Below are positions 24,201-34,483 of a stretch of DNA of 64,000 nt, piece after piece. The DNA is taken from positions 62,001-126,000 of the forward strand of contig QPMI01000647.1 in the NCBI GenBank assembly GCA_004431415.1, read 5' to 3'. Each line of letters begins with the position of its first letter. Position 1 is the stretch's first letter. A program made the translations under genes and the position numbers. Source of the DNA: Cyanophora paradoxa CCMP329. Its lineage: Eukaryota; Plantae; Glaucophyta. The notes beneath the pieces are model-generated. The model searched no databases, was not told where the DNA came from, and was given only the letters and a program-made list of their open reading frames with translations.

Positions 24201-25247
24201 CGGCCCGCGCCGCCTCTGCCTCGCGGCTCGCGCCCGGATCCCCGGGGGTACAGGCGGCCGCCTCGGAGAGGCGCGAGGCGGGGCGGCTCTTGGGGGGCGA
24301 CGGGCCGCCGATGCCGGCGACGTAGAGCCTCAGGGGCCCCGCGGAGATCGCGATTCGCAGCTTCATACCCCCGGCCACCCCCGCCGCGAACCGCTCCTGC
24401 ACCTGCGGGACCGGCGGACGTCGCGGATCGAATCGCGGATCAAATCTGGAGCGCAAGCGCCAGCGTACCCGTAGGGCGCACTCGGCGGCGGCGGCGGCCC
24501 GCAGCGAGAGGGCCGACGCGAGCCGCCCCCCCTCGTCGGCCTCACCCCCGCTCTCCTCGGCCGCACCCGCCCCGGCGCGAGGATGCGCCTCCGGCTCGTC
24601 CGCCAGGGGACCAACCGGCCAGAACGCTGCCGGCGGGCGGCGAATTAGAGGCGCGGAGGGGAACGAGGTCCCAGCGGCCGCGGGCGGGCGGGGCGGACCG
24701 AGGAGCCCGTCGCCGAGGAAGGAGAGGACATCAGCGCCGTACTCTGTGGGCGCCGGCGCGTACGGGTCAGCCGGCGCGGACATGGGCCCCGAGGCGCGGC
24801 CGCGGGCCTTGCAGCAGGTCAATCTCGGCGCGGAAGCAGCTGTTGATGTCTTCGAAGAGCTGCTCCATGTCGCTCTCGCCCGCGCTGCACTTCGCCACCA
24901 GATCGGAAAAGCCGGCTAGGTCGAGCAGCGCCACCTGCAGCTTTGATTACATACAACAGATTGAGGTTCTTAAGCTTCCCAGAGTCGTACCACCGCATCG
25001 CACGTCTCCCGCAGCCGCGCCCCGCGACAGTGCGCGAGAACAAGCCTGCCGCGATGACCGCGCGGCCGTTTTGGATTCCCGTGGCAATTCAAAGCGCATG
25101 CGTGCGTCCGCGCGCGCACCGAGGACAGAAGGCGGTGCAGGCTGCTGCTGCCGCGGCGGCGGCCGCGGGGGAGGGTGCGGCCACGTCCTGCACATGTGCC
25201 AGCGGCAAGCCGGACTTTGTCTCCTCATTCCACGCTTGTCGGCCCAT
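18276..25247 (-). CDS. Soluble adenylate cyclase (ADCY10/sAC-like): two class III cyclase domains, STAND P-loop NTPase, helical/TPR tail
   Basis: C1: AFCPR|LVL..DAV|VALLDLAGFS, ADVLSFLGDG, LRIAISAG. C2: YLAEFRP|VSVLF, HEGSLRQIVLD|DKG, GLATG, EFSVFGNAVNRAARLM, KLKG. NTPase: LAGRGAE, LTGETGLGKS, DLHDADSQS, SGGVPF, RRRLHRAFAEFLE, LAHHW. Confidence 0.9.
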
Positions 25248-25479
25248 ACGCGCTGCTCGCGATATCGATGCTCGCGCGGCGTCGCACAAGAGCGCTCAGC
25301 TGCAGGTGCGAACAGCGATGCTCGCATGCTCTCGCGATGCGAGCGCACTGCTGCGACCGCGGCCATGGATAGGCGGCGCGGTTCGAACTTCGTAAATGTA
25401 TGTACCCGGGCGGGTTTTCGGAGGCTTCATTTCCGGATCCATGACTGTTACCTTGTCCCCGAGTTCGACGGTCCGCTGC

Positions 25480-25760
25480 GCGCAGCTGCAGCTGCAGCCT
25501 GCATGCGCAGCTGCAGCTGCCAGCTGAATGCGCATGCGCAGGCTGCGCATGCGCATTGCGCACATGAATGGCCGTGCACGTACAAGCATCATTGAAGCAT
25601 GATCCATATGCACGGCGACGTCCGTGCGGCGTGCGCAGCTGCGCATGCGCGCGCGCGCGCGCAGGCCTAGGGCGCCCGGCACTGCCATGTGCGCGCGCGT
25701 GCATGTGCGCACTGCGCGGCCTGCTCTGCTGCTATTCTGCGCAGCGCAGGCTGCGCAACT
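25480..25760. repeat. Alternating purine-pyrimidine (GCGC/ATGC/CAGCTG) low-complexity tract upstream of the cyclase gene
   Basis: Repeated GCGCATGCGC, (GC)n and GCAGCTGC. Confidence 0.6.
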
Positions 25761-26183
25761 AGCTGATCATGAGAGCCCGCGGATCCCGGAGCTCGAGATG
25801 CAATATATATTTGCTGAAACATTTTCAGCTTGTCTGCACGCAAAGCTCTCTTCAACTTCTCAGGGTCTACTCCATCTGATCTCGCCCGTCACCCCGGCCC
25901 CTGCCCTGGCCTCCCCCCGGAGTCCCTCGCCGTGGCACTTAGTCCCATCGAATATAGCACCCTCCAGCCCCTGGCCATGGCCGGTGCAAGTGCAAAGTTG
26001 GTGTTCGCGATCGGGGACATACGGTTGATCGGGAGAGAAGCATTTCATTCTTTGGATAGAATTCAAAGAGCGCAATGCACACAGAGCTCCTGGCAGCACA
26101 ATCAAGGCCCGGCCGCCCGGCGGCCGCAAACTGGCCCTGGTAGCTCCCGGTCCGTTAATAATAATTGCGACTCTTGATCATGA

Positions 26184-26954
26184 TCAGGAGTCGCATTCGG
26201 CGGCGCATGCAATTGCATCGGAGTCGGCAATCTGCATATGGGCGATCTCGGCGATATCGGCATACGCCTCGTCGTCCTGCGGCGACTCTAGATATTTAGA
26301 TTGCTGTATGTACATGTAATGAACATGTACAGGAATGGGAGGGCGCACCGCCAGAACCAGGCTGTCCTCGAAACTGTCCAAGCCGCTCTCGAACTCGTTC
26401 GTGAGAGCCTGGTCGTCCCCCAGGATATGGCGGAAAATCCGGAACGTTTCCCACGCGTCGGCTTCCTCCGAGAGGCCCCCCTGATCTACAGGACAGTTCT
26501 CGCTCCCGTGTTTGTCGAAGGCCTGATTAGCAATGTGTGTGCGATTATCAGCGGAAGTCCCACAAGCGATATTAATAATATTAATATTGCTTACCGCGAC
26601 ACTCGACTGGAGATTACCGACCAGCTTCTGCAAGTAATTGGCGAGCCCGTGCACGTGCTCCAGATGAACCGTGGCGGGATTCTCGATTGCCTTGTGGCCG
26701 AAATCGAGGAAAATCCGGAGCTGGTACATGTCGTTCTGCGCGTGCGCGTGCGCGTGCTCACATTAGGGACGAACGCTCTGAAACTCTGAAAACGTTCTTG
26801 CCTTGAGGAGTTCAGCGGGCCCACCGGCGCAGTAGGCTATGACGTCTGGAACGGACCTCCCGTAGGCGTCCAGCGTGTTTTTGATCCCATCGAGCAGGCC
26901 ACCGAGGCCCAGCGAGCCCAGCTGGTCGTTGTTTGCCTTAACGTAGCGCGCCAT
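26184..26954 (-). CDS. Orphan ~190 aa predicted helical protein, paralog A (4 exons)
   Basis: MARYVKANN...ELLK|NDMYQLRIFLDF...GLANYLQ...SVA|AFDKHGSENCP...FEDSLVLA|DDEAYADIAEIAHMQIADS; homologous to 31309-32101 with comparable intron positions. Confidence 0.65.
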
Positions 26955-27159
26955 CGTACAACGGATATTGCTGATGTGAAGCGGCTATCGCTCAGCCGCG
27001 GCTGCTGTGGATCCGCAAGAGTCCAGGAAGAAACTTTTGAAAAATCTGCCAGTGTGTACCACAGACCGGAAACCGGAACCGCAGACCCCGGAGACTCGGA
27101 GAACTCCGAAGCTTAGAGGCGGACCGTCACGGCGTCGACGTCCCTACTACTTAGGCTAG

Positions 27160-27730
27160 GACTCCCTACGGTACTACCACAGTAGTACCACTACCGTAGT
27201 ACCGGTACGGTAGTGGTACTACTCTGGTAGTACCGTAGTATACAGTATACGGTATACAGTACGTATACTACGGCCGTAGTACTATACTATACGGTATACG
27301 GTATACAGTACTACGGCCGTAGTACTATACTGTAGGAATGCTTTTTTAGCCGATGTTTTAAATTGCCGTAAATTGCCGAGAGGCCGAATTCGGCAATTTA
27401 GACTCACGGCAATTCTCAGGGGGTAGGGCTAAACGACTGCTTTTGTATGGCGCCATATATATAGAAAAGATCCAGAGTTTCGGCAATTTATCGCCACGGC
27501 AATTCCGGTTTGGGTCGAATTCGGCAATTTAACTACGCGGCAATTTAAGCATCCCTACAGTACTACGGTACGTGTACGTACCGGTACGTACGCCGCGACG
27601 CGTACGGTCTCCGGGTGCCGGCGCCGTGGCAGACTCTGCCAGTACCGTTACTACTACCCGGTGACCCGGTGTGGGCCGCTGACCGTTACAGTAGTACCGT
27701 TACTACCGTACCGTAGTACTACGGTACTGT
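27160..27730. repeat. Tract of TA-NNN-TA units (TACGGTA, TACCGTA, TACAGTA, TACTGTA) with a 33 bp near-perfect hairpin
   Basis: 27166-27238 folds with one mismatch. The units recur through 27160-27335 and 27555-27730. Confidence 0.8.
27333..27557. mobile_element. MITE with TAGG(A/G)ATGCTT TIRs; superfamily ambiguous
   Basis: TAGGAATGCTT...AAGCATCCCTA with multiple AATTGCCG/CGGCAATT subterminal repeats. Flanked by TACTG and CAGTA, so it could alternatively be a TA-flanked element spanning 27330-27560. Confidence 0.7.
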
Positions 27731-28431
27731 GAATCATTGAATTCGAAAGGCCGGCCGGTGGCGCAGTCCCGGGACTCCCAGGACTCCCGGCGTCCCGCCC
27801 GGGGCCGCCCCTACTAGCTATTGGACCATTCACTGACTCAGGTCCCGGGTCTCGCCCCCTTAAGCTTCGAACTTCGGACCAGGGAATTCCCCTGGCCCCG
27901 TCTCCAGCCAGCGCCGCTGGCCGCAGTAGAGCGGCAGTACTAGTGGCCGGCGGCATGACGCCGGCATCCCCAGCCAGCGCCGGCCGGCGCCGCTGGCCGC
28001 AGTGGCCGCCGGCGCTGTTCGACCTAATTACCTAATTACCTAATTCCCGTCTACGGCAAGTCCTACATGGGGAAAACGAGGTCAGTACTACGGTACACGG
28101 GGTACATCCTGCTGGTCCATTCAATGATTATTTCTTCCTCATGTTGATTAAACTTGATTTACGAATGACGTCCGAGTCGGTCCGACCGGTCACCCGGCGA
28201 CACCCGCCGGCGCGCGGCGCCGGCGCCCCGCCCCGGCCCCCGGGCCCGCCGGCGCCGGTGCGTGCCGCAGTGCCAGTGCCTGCCACTGCCTGCCTGTGCC
28301 TGCCACTGCCTGCCAGTGCCTGCCACTGCCTGCCAGTGCCTGCCGCATGCGCTGCGATGATGCGCAGCGCTAGCCCAGTCGACGTCAGCTGCCAGTGCCC
28401 ACTGCCCAGAGCCTGCGCCGCGACTGGGCGG

Positions 28432-28953
28432 TAGGGTTGCCGCGCTTAAGTTCAAGTGCACTTAAACTTAAGCGTTTAAGTTGAGTTTAAGTTTTAGTTT
28501 AAGCGGCCTGCTTAAACTTAAGCTTAAACGGGGACACCCCCGGTTCGAATCCCGGGGGCAGAACCCCCGGGAACCCCCTCGAAACGATGTCAGATGTGCA
28601 GAAAACATGCTGTATGTCATCGCCATCGGCTATAAAACTTCTCTGCATTCATAATGGTCCCAACACTGCCAGTTTCGAGGCTGGGTCTCCCTCAGAAAGG
28701 ATTACGTATACCCCCCTTCAGAAGCTTCACTGACTGAAACTTCTGAAAAATCGTGTGTTTAGTGATTAAAATCCGTCAGAAAGGCATTCTAGCATGTCTG
28801 TGGCGCGTTTGAGATTGAATCGGTGTCTGTTTCCTCATCATACTGGGTGCTCTTGTATGCACTTAAGTTTAAGCGCTTAAACGCTTAAGTTTAAGTTTAA
28901 GTGGGGGACCGGGGGACGCTTAAACTTAATTATAAGCTTAAACGGCAACCCTA
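28432..28953. mobile_element. hAT-type MITE
   Basis: TIRs TAGGGTTGCCG / CGGCAACCCTA; TTAAG/TTAAA subterminal repeats; 8 bp TSD CTGGGCGG (28424-28431) / CTGTGCGG (29218-29225), recovered after removing the nested element. Confidence 0.85.
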
Positions 28954-29215
28954 CCGTGTGGCACTATAATACCGCGCCCACTTAATTACCGCGGTACCAA
29001 ATTACCGCGTCGAGAATTTGGTAAAACGCGGTAATTTGGTACCACGGTAATTCGCTTCTGTGAAGTCACCCCATACAGTACCCCCCCGAATAAACGCCCC
29101 ATACAAGCCTCAAGTTTTTTAAAACGCGGTAATTTGGTACCGCGGTATTTTGGCCAGCCTCGGGCCGGAGTTTCTAACGCGGTAATTTATGCCGCGGTAA
29201 TTTAGTGCCACACGG
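28954..29215. mobile_element. Tc1/mariner-type MITE inserted into the terminal TA of the hAT MITE
   Basis: TIRs CCGTGTGGCACTA / TAGTGCCACACGG; TA TSD (28952-28953 and 29216-29217); AATTACCGCG/CGCGGTAATT repeats. Confidence 0.85.
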
Positions 29216-29289
29216 TACTGTGCGGCTGGGCGGCTGGGCCAGCCTGGGCCTGGCAGAGGCCCGGCTGGGCCCGGCGAGTCGGCGCCGAC

Positions 29290-29759
29290 TAGGGCTGGGT
29301 TCAGTCACTGTCAGTCAAAGTCAGAGGGTCTGACTGACCCGACTGAGTCACCGAATTGGCCGACTGAGGTTCTCTCAGTCCCATACAAAACCCTGCTGGG
29401 AGCGTGCCCCCCTGTGGGCTTTTTCCATCTGAAGCTCGACGTGGATCGACCTAAAAAGGATCTTCTGTCGTCTTACCTCCAGAAAAACAACGAAATCTGA
29501 ACGAAACCGCCCGCGCTAACGAGGCTGACGGGGGCCGAATTCCTTTCACCAGTGTTCTTAAGCTTTGCTAGCGTAATCACTCCCTACTGCCCGCGCACTG
29601 TGCTTGGCAACTTAGATGGATCGCATCTGGGTCATTTCCAGGTCATTTTCCTCAGTTTTTGGACGGTAGCCTGACTGAGCCTCAGGTTGACTGATTCAGT
29701 CACAGTCAGGGGGGCTGAGCGACTGGGTCAGGGGTGGAGCCTGACTGAACCCAGCACTA
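29290..29759. mobile_element. hAT-type MITE
   Basis: 18 bp TIRs TAG(G/T)GCTGGGTTCAGTCA; perfect 8 bp TSD GCGCCGAC (29282-29289 and 29760-29767); CAGTCA/TGACTG repeats. Confidence 0.9.
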
Positions 29760-30446
29760 GCGCCGACTCGGCGGCGACTCGGCGCCGAGTCGGCGGGTTC
29801 AAACGGTTGGCGGGCCCCTTTCAAAAGTTTGGACCCGGGTGACCATTCAGGTCTCGCCCGGGTCGCCCGGCCCCCTTCGAATTCCCCTGGGGCCCTGGGG
29901 CCTCAGGCCTGGCGGCCCTGGCGGCTGGCCCCGTCTCCAGCCAGCCTGGCAACGCCGGCCGGCGCCGCTGGCCGCAGTGGCCGGCGGCGCCGGCGCTGTA
30001 CAGCCTGCTGGTCCATTATTTCTTCCTCGTGTTGATTTTAGCCTTTCAGCATTTTTTCGAACTCGGAATTCATTTTTATTTTTATTAGCCTTTCTCATTT
30101 TCAAGGCGTCGTGGGTTCGAAGTACAACGAAGCGGAAACAGCAGGAGCCAAACCCGGAAATCCGGGAGGTCGGTGTGACTCGTGTTAATTTCCGAAATAT
30201 TAATTTTCTTCCAGCCATATATATGCATTCAGGTCTCGTCCCACTCGAAAGGCCCCGTGTTCAGCCAGCGTCGCCGGCCGGCGCCTGATCGTACTCCTCA
30301 GAGTCCTCACGCCGTGACCCTAAAGAGGCTCACACTGCCTCACATGTACAGTGACTGAGTGCTCAGCGGTAATTCGCCGGTAAATCATTGAATTCCGAGT
30401 GAATTGTCCGACTACCCCGGTGACCCAGACTACCCAGAACCCAGTA

Positions 30447-30668
30447 CTGTAAAACGAGAAATGTCCGGCAGCACTTAATATTCAGCGCTTTTCGGCATTT
30501 CGGCATAGCCTCGCGGTGCCGAATATTTGAAACTGCCAGAATTGTGCAGATGTATGGCGAAAGATGGATCGATGTACCCGCCACTTAGGCGGACTGGCTG
30601 TGTTGCCGAAAATATGATGCCGATGAACCACAGTTTCGGCGCATTTTCGGACATTTCTCGTTTTACAG
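30447..30668. mobile_element. Tc1/mariner-type MITE
   Basis: Perfect 21 bp TIRs CTGTAAAACGAGAAATGTCCG; TA on both sides. Confidence 0.85.
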
Positions 30669-30923
30669 TACTTCCGAAAGTGAGCTCGAGCTCGAGATCC
30701 CATGCCATGATGGCGCCCGGCGCGGCCCGGCGGGCCAACCCGCTGAACTTCGGAACTTGCAGATCTATAGGCTAGATCCAGGCTCATCATCCAGCCTCCA
30801 GGTACTACTGATCATGAGACTCGCAGGCTAGTCGCAGCTGCAGGCTGAAGACTGAAGGGCAGTGAAGGCTCAGCGGCTGAAGGCCTGCATGCGCAGGCTG
30901 AGTCCCGCCGGGCCGCCTGAATT

Positions 30924-31143
30924 CAGTGCACGCCCAGGAAAATACCAGATCGAAAATCAGTGGATCGTGAAACTTTCAGGCTTTAGTGGGGCGGTAATTT
31001 TTGGGGGTACTGTATGAGGCCGCGTGACCCGCGTCCCCTCAGGAAATTAGTGGAGCCGGAAATTAGTGGACTGAGCTCAAAGTTTAGTCCACTAATTTCC
31101 GGCTCCACTAATTATCGGCGTCCAGTATTTTCCTGTAACACGG
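30924..31143. mobile_element. Degenerate MITE with an internal perfect 28 bp inverted repeat
   Basis: Right end GTATTTTCCTGTAACACGG-TA; eroded left end CAGGAAAATAC; hairpin at 31045-31113. Confidence 0.55.
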
Positions 31144-31308
31144 TAGTTTAGACTGTCTACAGTGTCTAGTACTTGTTTCCGAGCTCAACTCGCCGAGTCG
31201 CAAGACTCGCAACGTTAACAAAAAGTCGGCGTGAATAGCAGCCAGGCTGAGCTAGACTCTAGTGGAGGCTCTGAGAGCTCGCGCAGAGCTGCAAGCAGTT
31301 GCAACACG

Positions 31309-32101
31309 ATGGCGCGCCCCGCTAAGGCAACCGATGCTCAGATCTCCGCCCTCCAAGACGCGCTCAATCGCACCTTCGACGCGCTCGGCCTCGGTGTTTT
31401 CGGCTCCAATGAAACCTTCGACGAGTGCGCGTGGACATTGTTCACTGAAGGCAAAATCGCCGATTCCCACGATTTCCAATGCGCGCCTTGCGACCGGCTT
31501 AAGGCGTGTGCAATTTCACCTCTGAATCGCTTATCTACAGTTGCAGCTCACAAATGATTATCGAACAGGATGATCTGTTGCACGCCAAGGCTTTTGTCGA
31601 TTTCGCCGAGAACTCGCTCAAACTGAGTAGTATGAACACTCTCGATGGCGTCTCTGGGCTGGTCAACTATCTGCAGGCGGAGCTCACAAGCATGGGAGTG
31701 ACACTCGCGGTGAGCTCGCCTTGTATACGTGACGCTCGTATACGTAAAGGCTGTACTACGTTGATCTTAAATGTATGCATGCACGTGGGTTGCAGGATAT
31801 CAACAAGTTCGTGGACGCGAACTGCCCAGCAGCACCCCTGGATTCGCTCCGGAACTTTCAGATAGCTGTCGATGCCGCTCAGCTCGATTTGAAGACGCTT
31901 GACAGCAGCTTGGATGAGTTCGAGGACAGCCTGGTTCTGGTGGTGCGCCCTCCCATTCCTGTACATGTTCAGTACATGTACATACAGCAATCTAAATATC
32001 TAGAGTCGCCGCAGGACGACGAGGCGTATGCCGATATCGCCGAGATCGCCCATATGCAGATTGCCGACTCCGGACCCGATGCGATTGAATGCGACTTTTG
32101 A
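31309..32101 (+). CDS. Orphan predicted helical protein, paralog B
   Basis: MARPAKAT...; DDLLHAKAFVDF...GLVNYLQ...TLA|DINKFVDANCP...FEDSLVLV|DDEAYADIAEIAHMQIADS. Boundaries of the first intron are uncertain. Confidence 0.65.
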
Positions 32102-32499
32102 TCGAGATCTAGAGTCGTACCCGAGCTGCTAGTTGCGGCCGCCATGGCCACGAGCTATGCGCTCAGTGCCCAGATTGTGGATTGTGAAATTTTGAATGCC
32201 TTGATTCTGCTGCTACAAGCTGTGCGCGCATGCGCGCTCTATATCGATATATCCGCATTATATCAAAAGAATGAATTGCTTCGAATTCTCGCTCGATCAA
32301 TCCGGATGTCCGACGGTCTATAATTAATTTGAGAGCACCAACCTAGCATCGTAGAATATCTGATGCAGATCTGTCTGAGAGCATAGATATCTGAGCGAAA
32401 GTAGCTTATAATTAATAGAATCGGTGGGCGGGAGTGGAATTGAAGAGTCCCCATCCCCCTTCTGCCCCTTCCCCTTTGCCCGCCGCGCGAGATGCCGCG

Positions 32500-34473
32500 C
32501 CGATGCCGAGATGCCGAGCGAGATGGCCATGGCTGCCGGCCGGGCGGTGTGCGTCGGCCGCGGGCTCGGATGGTGCCGGGGAGGGAGAAGGGGGGGGGGG
32601 AGCGTCGCCCGCCGCCCCGCCGCCGCCTCGGGCTCGAAGCGCGTGCCGCATGCAACGCACTCCCACGCGCCGCCGCTCGCGTTCCAGTGCGCCACGCACA
32701 GCCCCTCCGCATGCGCTCGCCTCAGCGCGCGGAAGGGGTCGGAAGAGGACTGCGCACGTCGGGCGGAGCGGCGGGGCGGAGGGCGACGGCGACGGGCCCG
32801 AGAACGGGGCCGGGGCGAGCAGCGCCCCTGTGGTGCCGCGCGGGGCCCCCTCTGCGGGCCCCAGCGAGAGCGCGACGGCAGCCGAGAGCCGCCCGCCCGC
32901 CGCCGCCTCCCCGGGGGCCGGGCCACCCGCAGCTCCCCGAACGGTGCCTCCTCCGCCGCCACGCCACGCCCGCACGGGGGGTACGAGGGCGACCCAGAGC
33001 GCCTGGTCCGGCGCGCCGGCGGCGAAGGAGCAGTTGGGAGGGGAGGGGGAAGGGCAAGCGGCGCGGGGCCGCCGCATCCGGCGAGGGACAGAGAGGCGTC
33101 GGACCAGCGGGCGGAGGGGGCTGGGCGAGGGGAGGGGGGGGCGAGGGGGTGGGGTAGGGGCGACGGAGAAGCGGAGGGGCCCCGGGGCAGCGCGGCGCCG
33201 CCGTAGCTGACGCGCAGCGCGCAGAGGCCCGAGGGGAGGGGCGCGGGGGCCCGGGCCCGCGAGGGGCGGGCGGGCCCGCCGCCGTCGGCCTCAAGGGCGG
33301 CGGCGAGGGCCGAGGGGCCGGGGCTCGCCTCCGCCCCCGCCGCGTCCCGCGCGCCACACGATCGCGACGCCGAACGCGATCCGCTGAGATGCGAGTCAGC
33401 TTCCAAGCTGCCGAGGCCTCGGGCGCCTCCGCAAGGAACGCGGCGCTCCTCTCGACGCCGGGCCGGCCCGCTGCAGGCAGGGGCGTCAGGCGCGCGGCCG
33501 GGGGCGTCGGGTGCGAGGGGCAGACCCTCGAGCAGGACGGCGAATTCGATGGTCGAGTCGCGATCGGGTGTCGCGGCCCGGTGCCTTCCCGGGGGAAGGG
33601 GGCCGAGGGCGGCCGCGAAGACGCGGAGGTCGGCGCGCCGGCGGAGTAGTTGGCGACGCAGAGGAAGGAGACGGGGGTGCGGCCCCGCTGCCGGCGCTGA
33701 GGGTCGACCAGCTCCAGCCGGCGCCCTGCGGGGGGTCGGGAGGCGCGGCGAGAGGAGGGCCGAAACAATGCACGCGGAAGACGAGGGAGCAGGTGACGGT
33801 GAGGGGGACGGGGGGCGCCGGAGGGGACGGGGCCGGCGGGGCCGCTGAGGAGGTCCAGGGGTAGCCCGTAGTTGGGGGGCTACGCCTCTACGGCTTCGTC
33901 GTAAAACGCGCTTGCAGGGGCATGATCGATGAGAGGGGGATGGGAGAGGCAAGGATGGGGGCGGCTCGCCTCCGGCGACGATGAGGAAGTTCGTGGCGTT
34001 GACGGCGAAGGTGGTCCCCGCGCGGCTCGGGCTCGCGCGCGCGTCGCCCGTGCCGCGGATGGCGGCGGTGAGGCCCGCCCACGTCGCCCCGTCCGCCAGC
34101 GCTACGGCGCGTCAGCCGCGGCGTCGGCGGCGGAGAGGCGGGGCGGACAGCCAAGGGCAGCCTCGAGGTCGATGGGGGCCGCGAGAAGGCGCCGCCCGGG
34201 GAAGTCGACCGTCAGCAGCGACGTCGACCCGACCGCGTGGTACGTCACCGCCATCTTTCTTGTGAAAATTAATTCAGATTTAGATCGTTCGGAATCCAGA
34301 CAAACGAAGTGGAGCGCAGGCTCCAACAGACAATCTAGATCTAGAGCTGACTCCGACCGGCGCAGGCGGACTGTCTCGCCTCCGACGCCTCCGCCGCCCG
34401 CGCCCACCCCTTCGCCCCCTTCGCCCCCCTCTTCTTCCTCGCCGGCGACATAGATGTGCACGCGGTGGGCCAT
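32500..34473 (-). CDS. Hypothetical multi-exon protein or pseudogene with a C-terminal WECVACG motif
   Basis: Protein-like exons MAHRVHIY, KMAVTYHAVGSTSLLTVDF, FAVNATNFLIV, IEFAVLLEG, LCVAHW...WECVACGTRF. No family recognised; possible in-frame stop near 33880. Confidence 0.3.
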
Positions 34474-34483
34474 GGCCACGGTC

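Larger units (their letters stand above)
27800..30040. repeat. Diverged direct repeat pair (~27800-28150 and ~29830-30040) bracketing three MITEs
   Basis: Shared blocks gaccattca, gaattcccctgg, ggccccgtctccagccagc, cgccggccggcgccgctggccgcagtggcc, cctgctggtccatt, tatttcttcctc.tgttgatt, in the same order. Confidence 0.65.
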
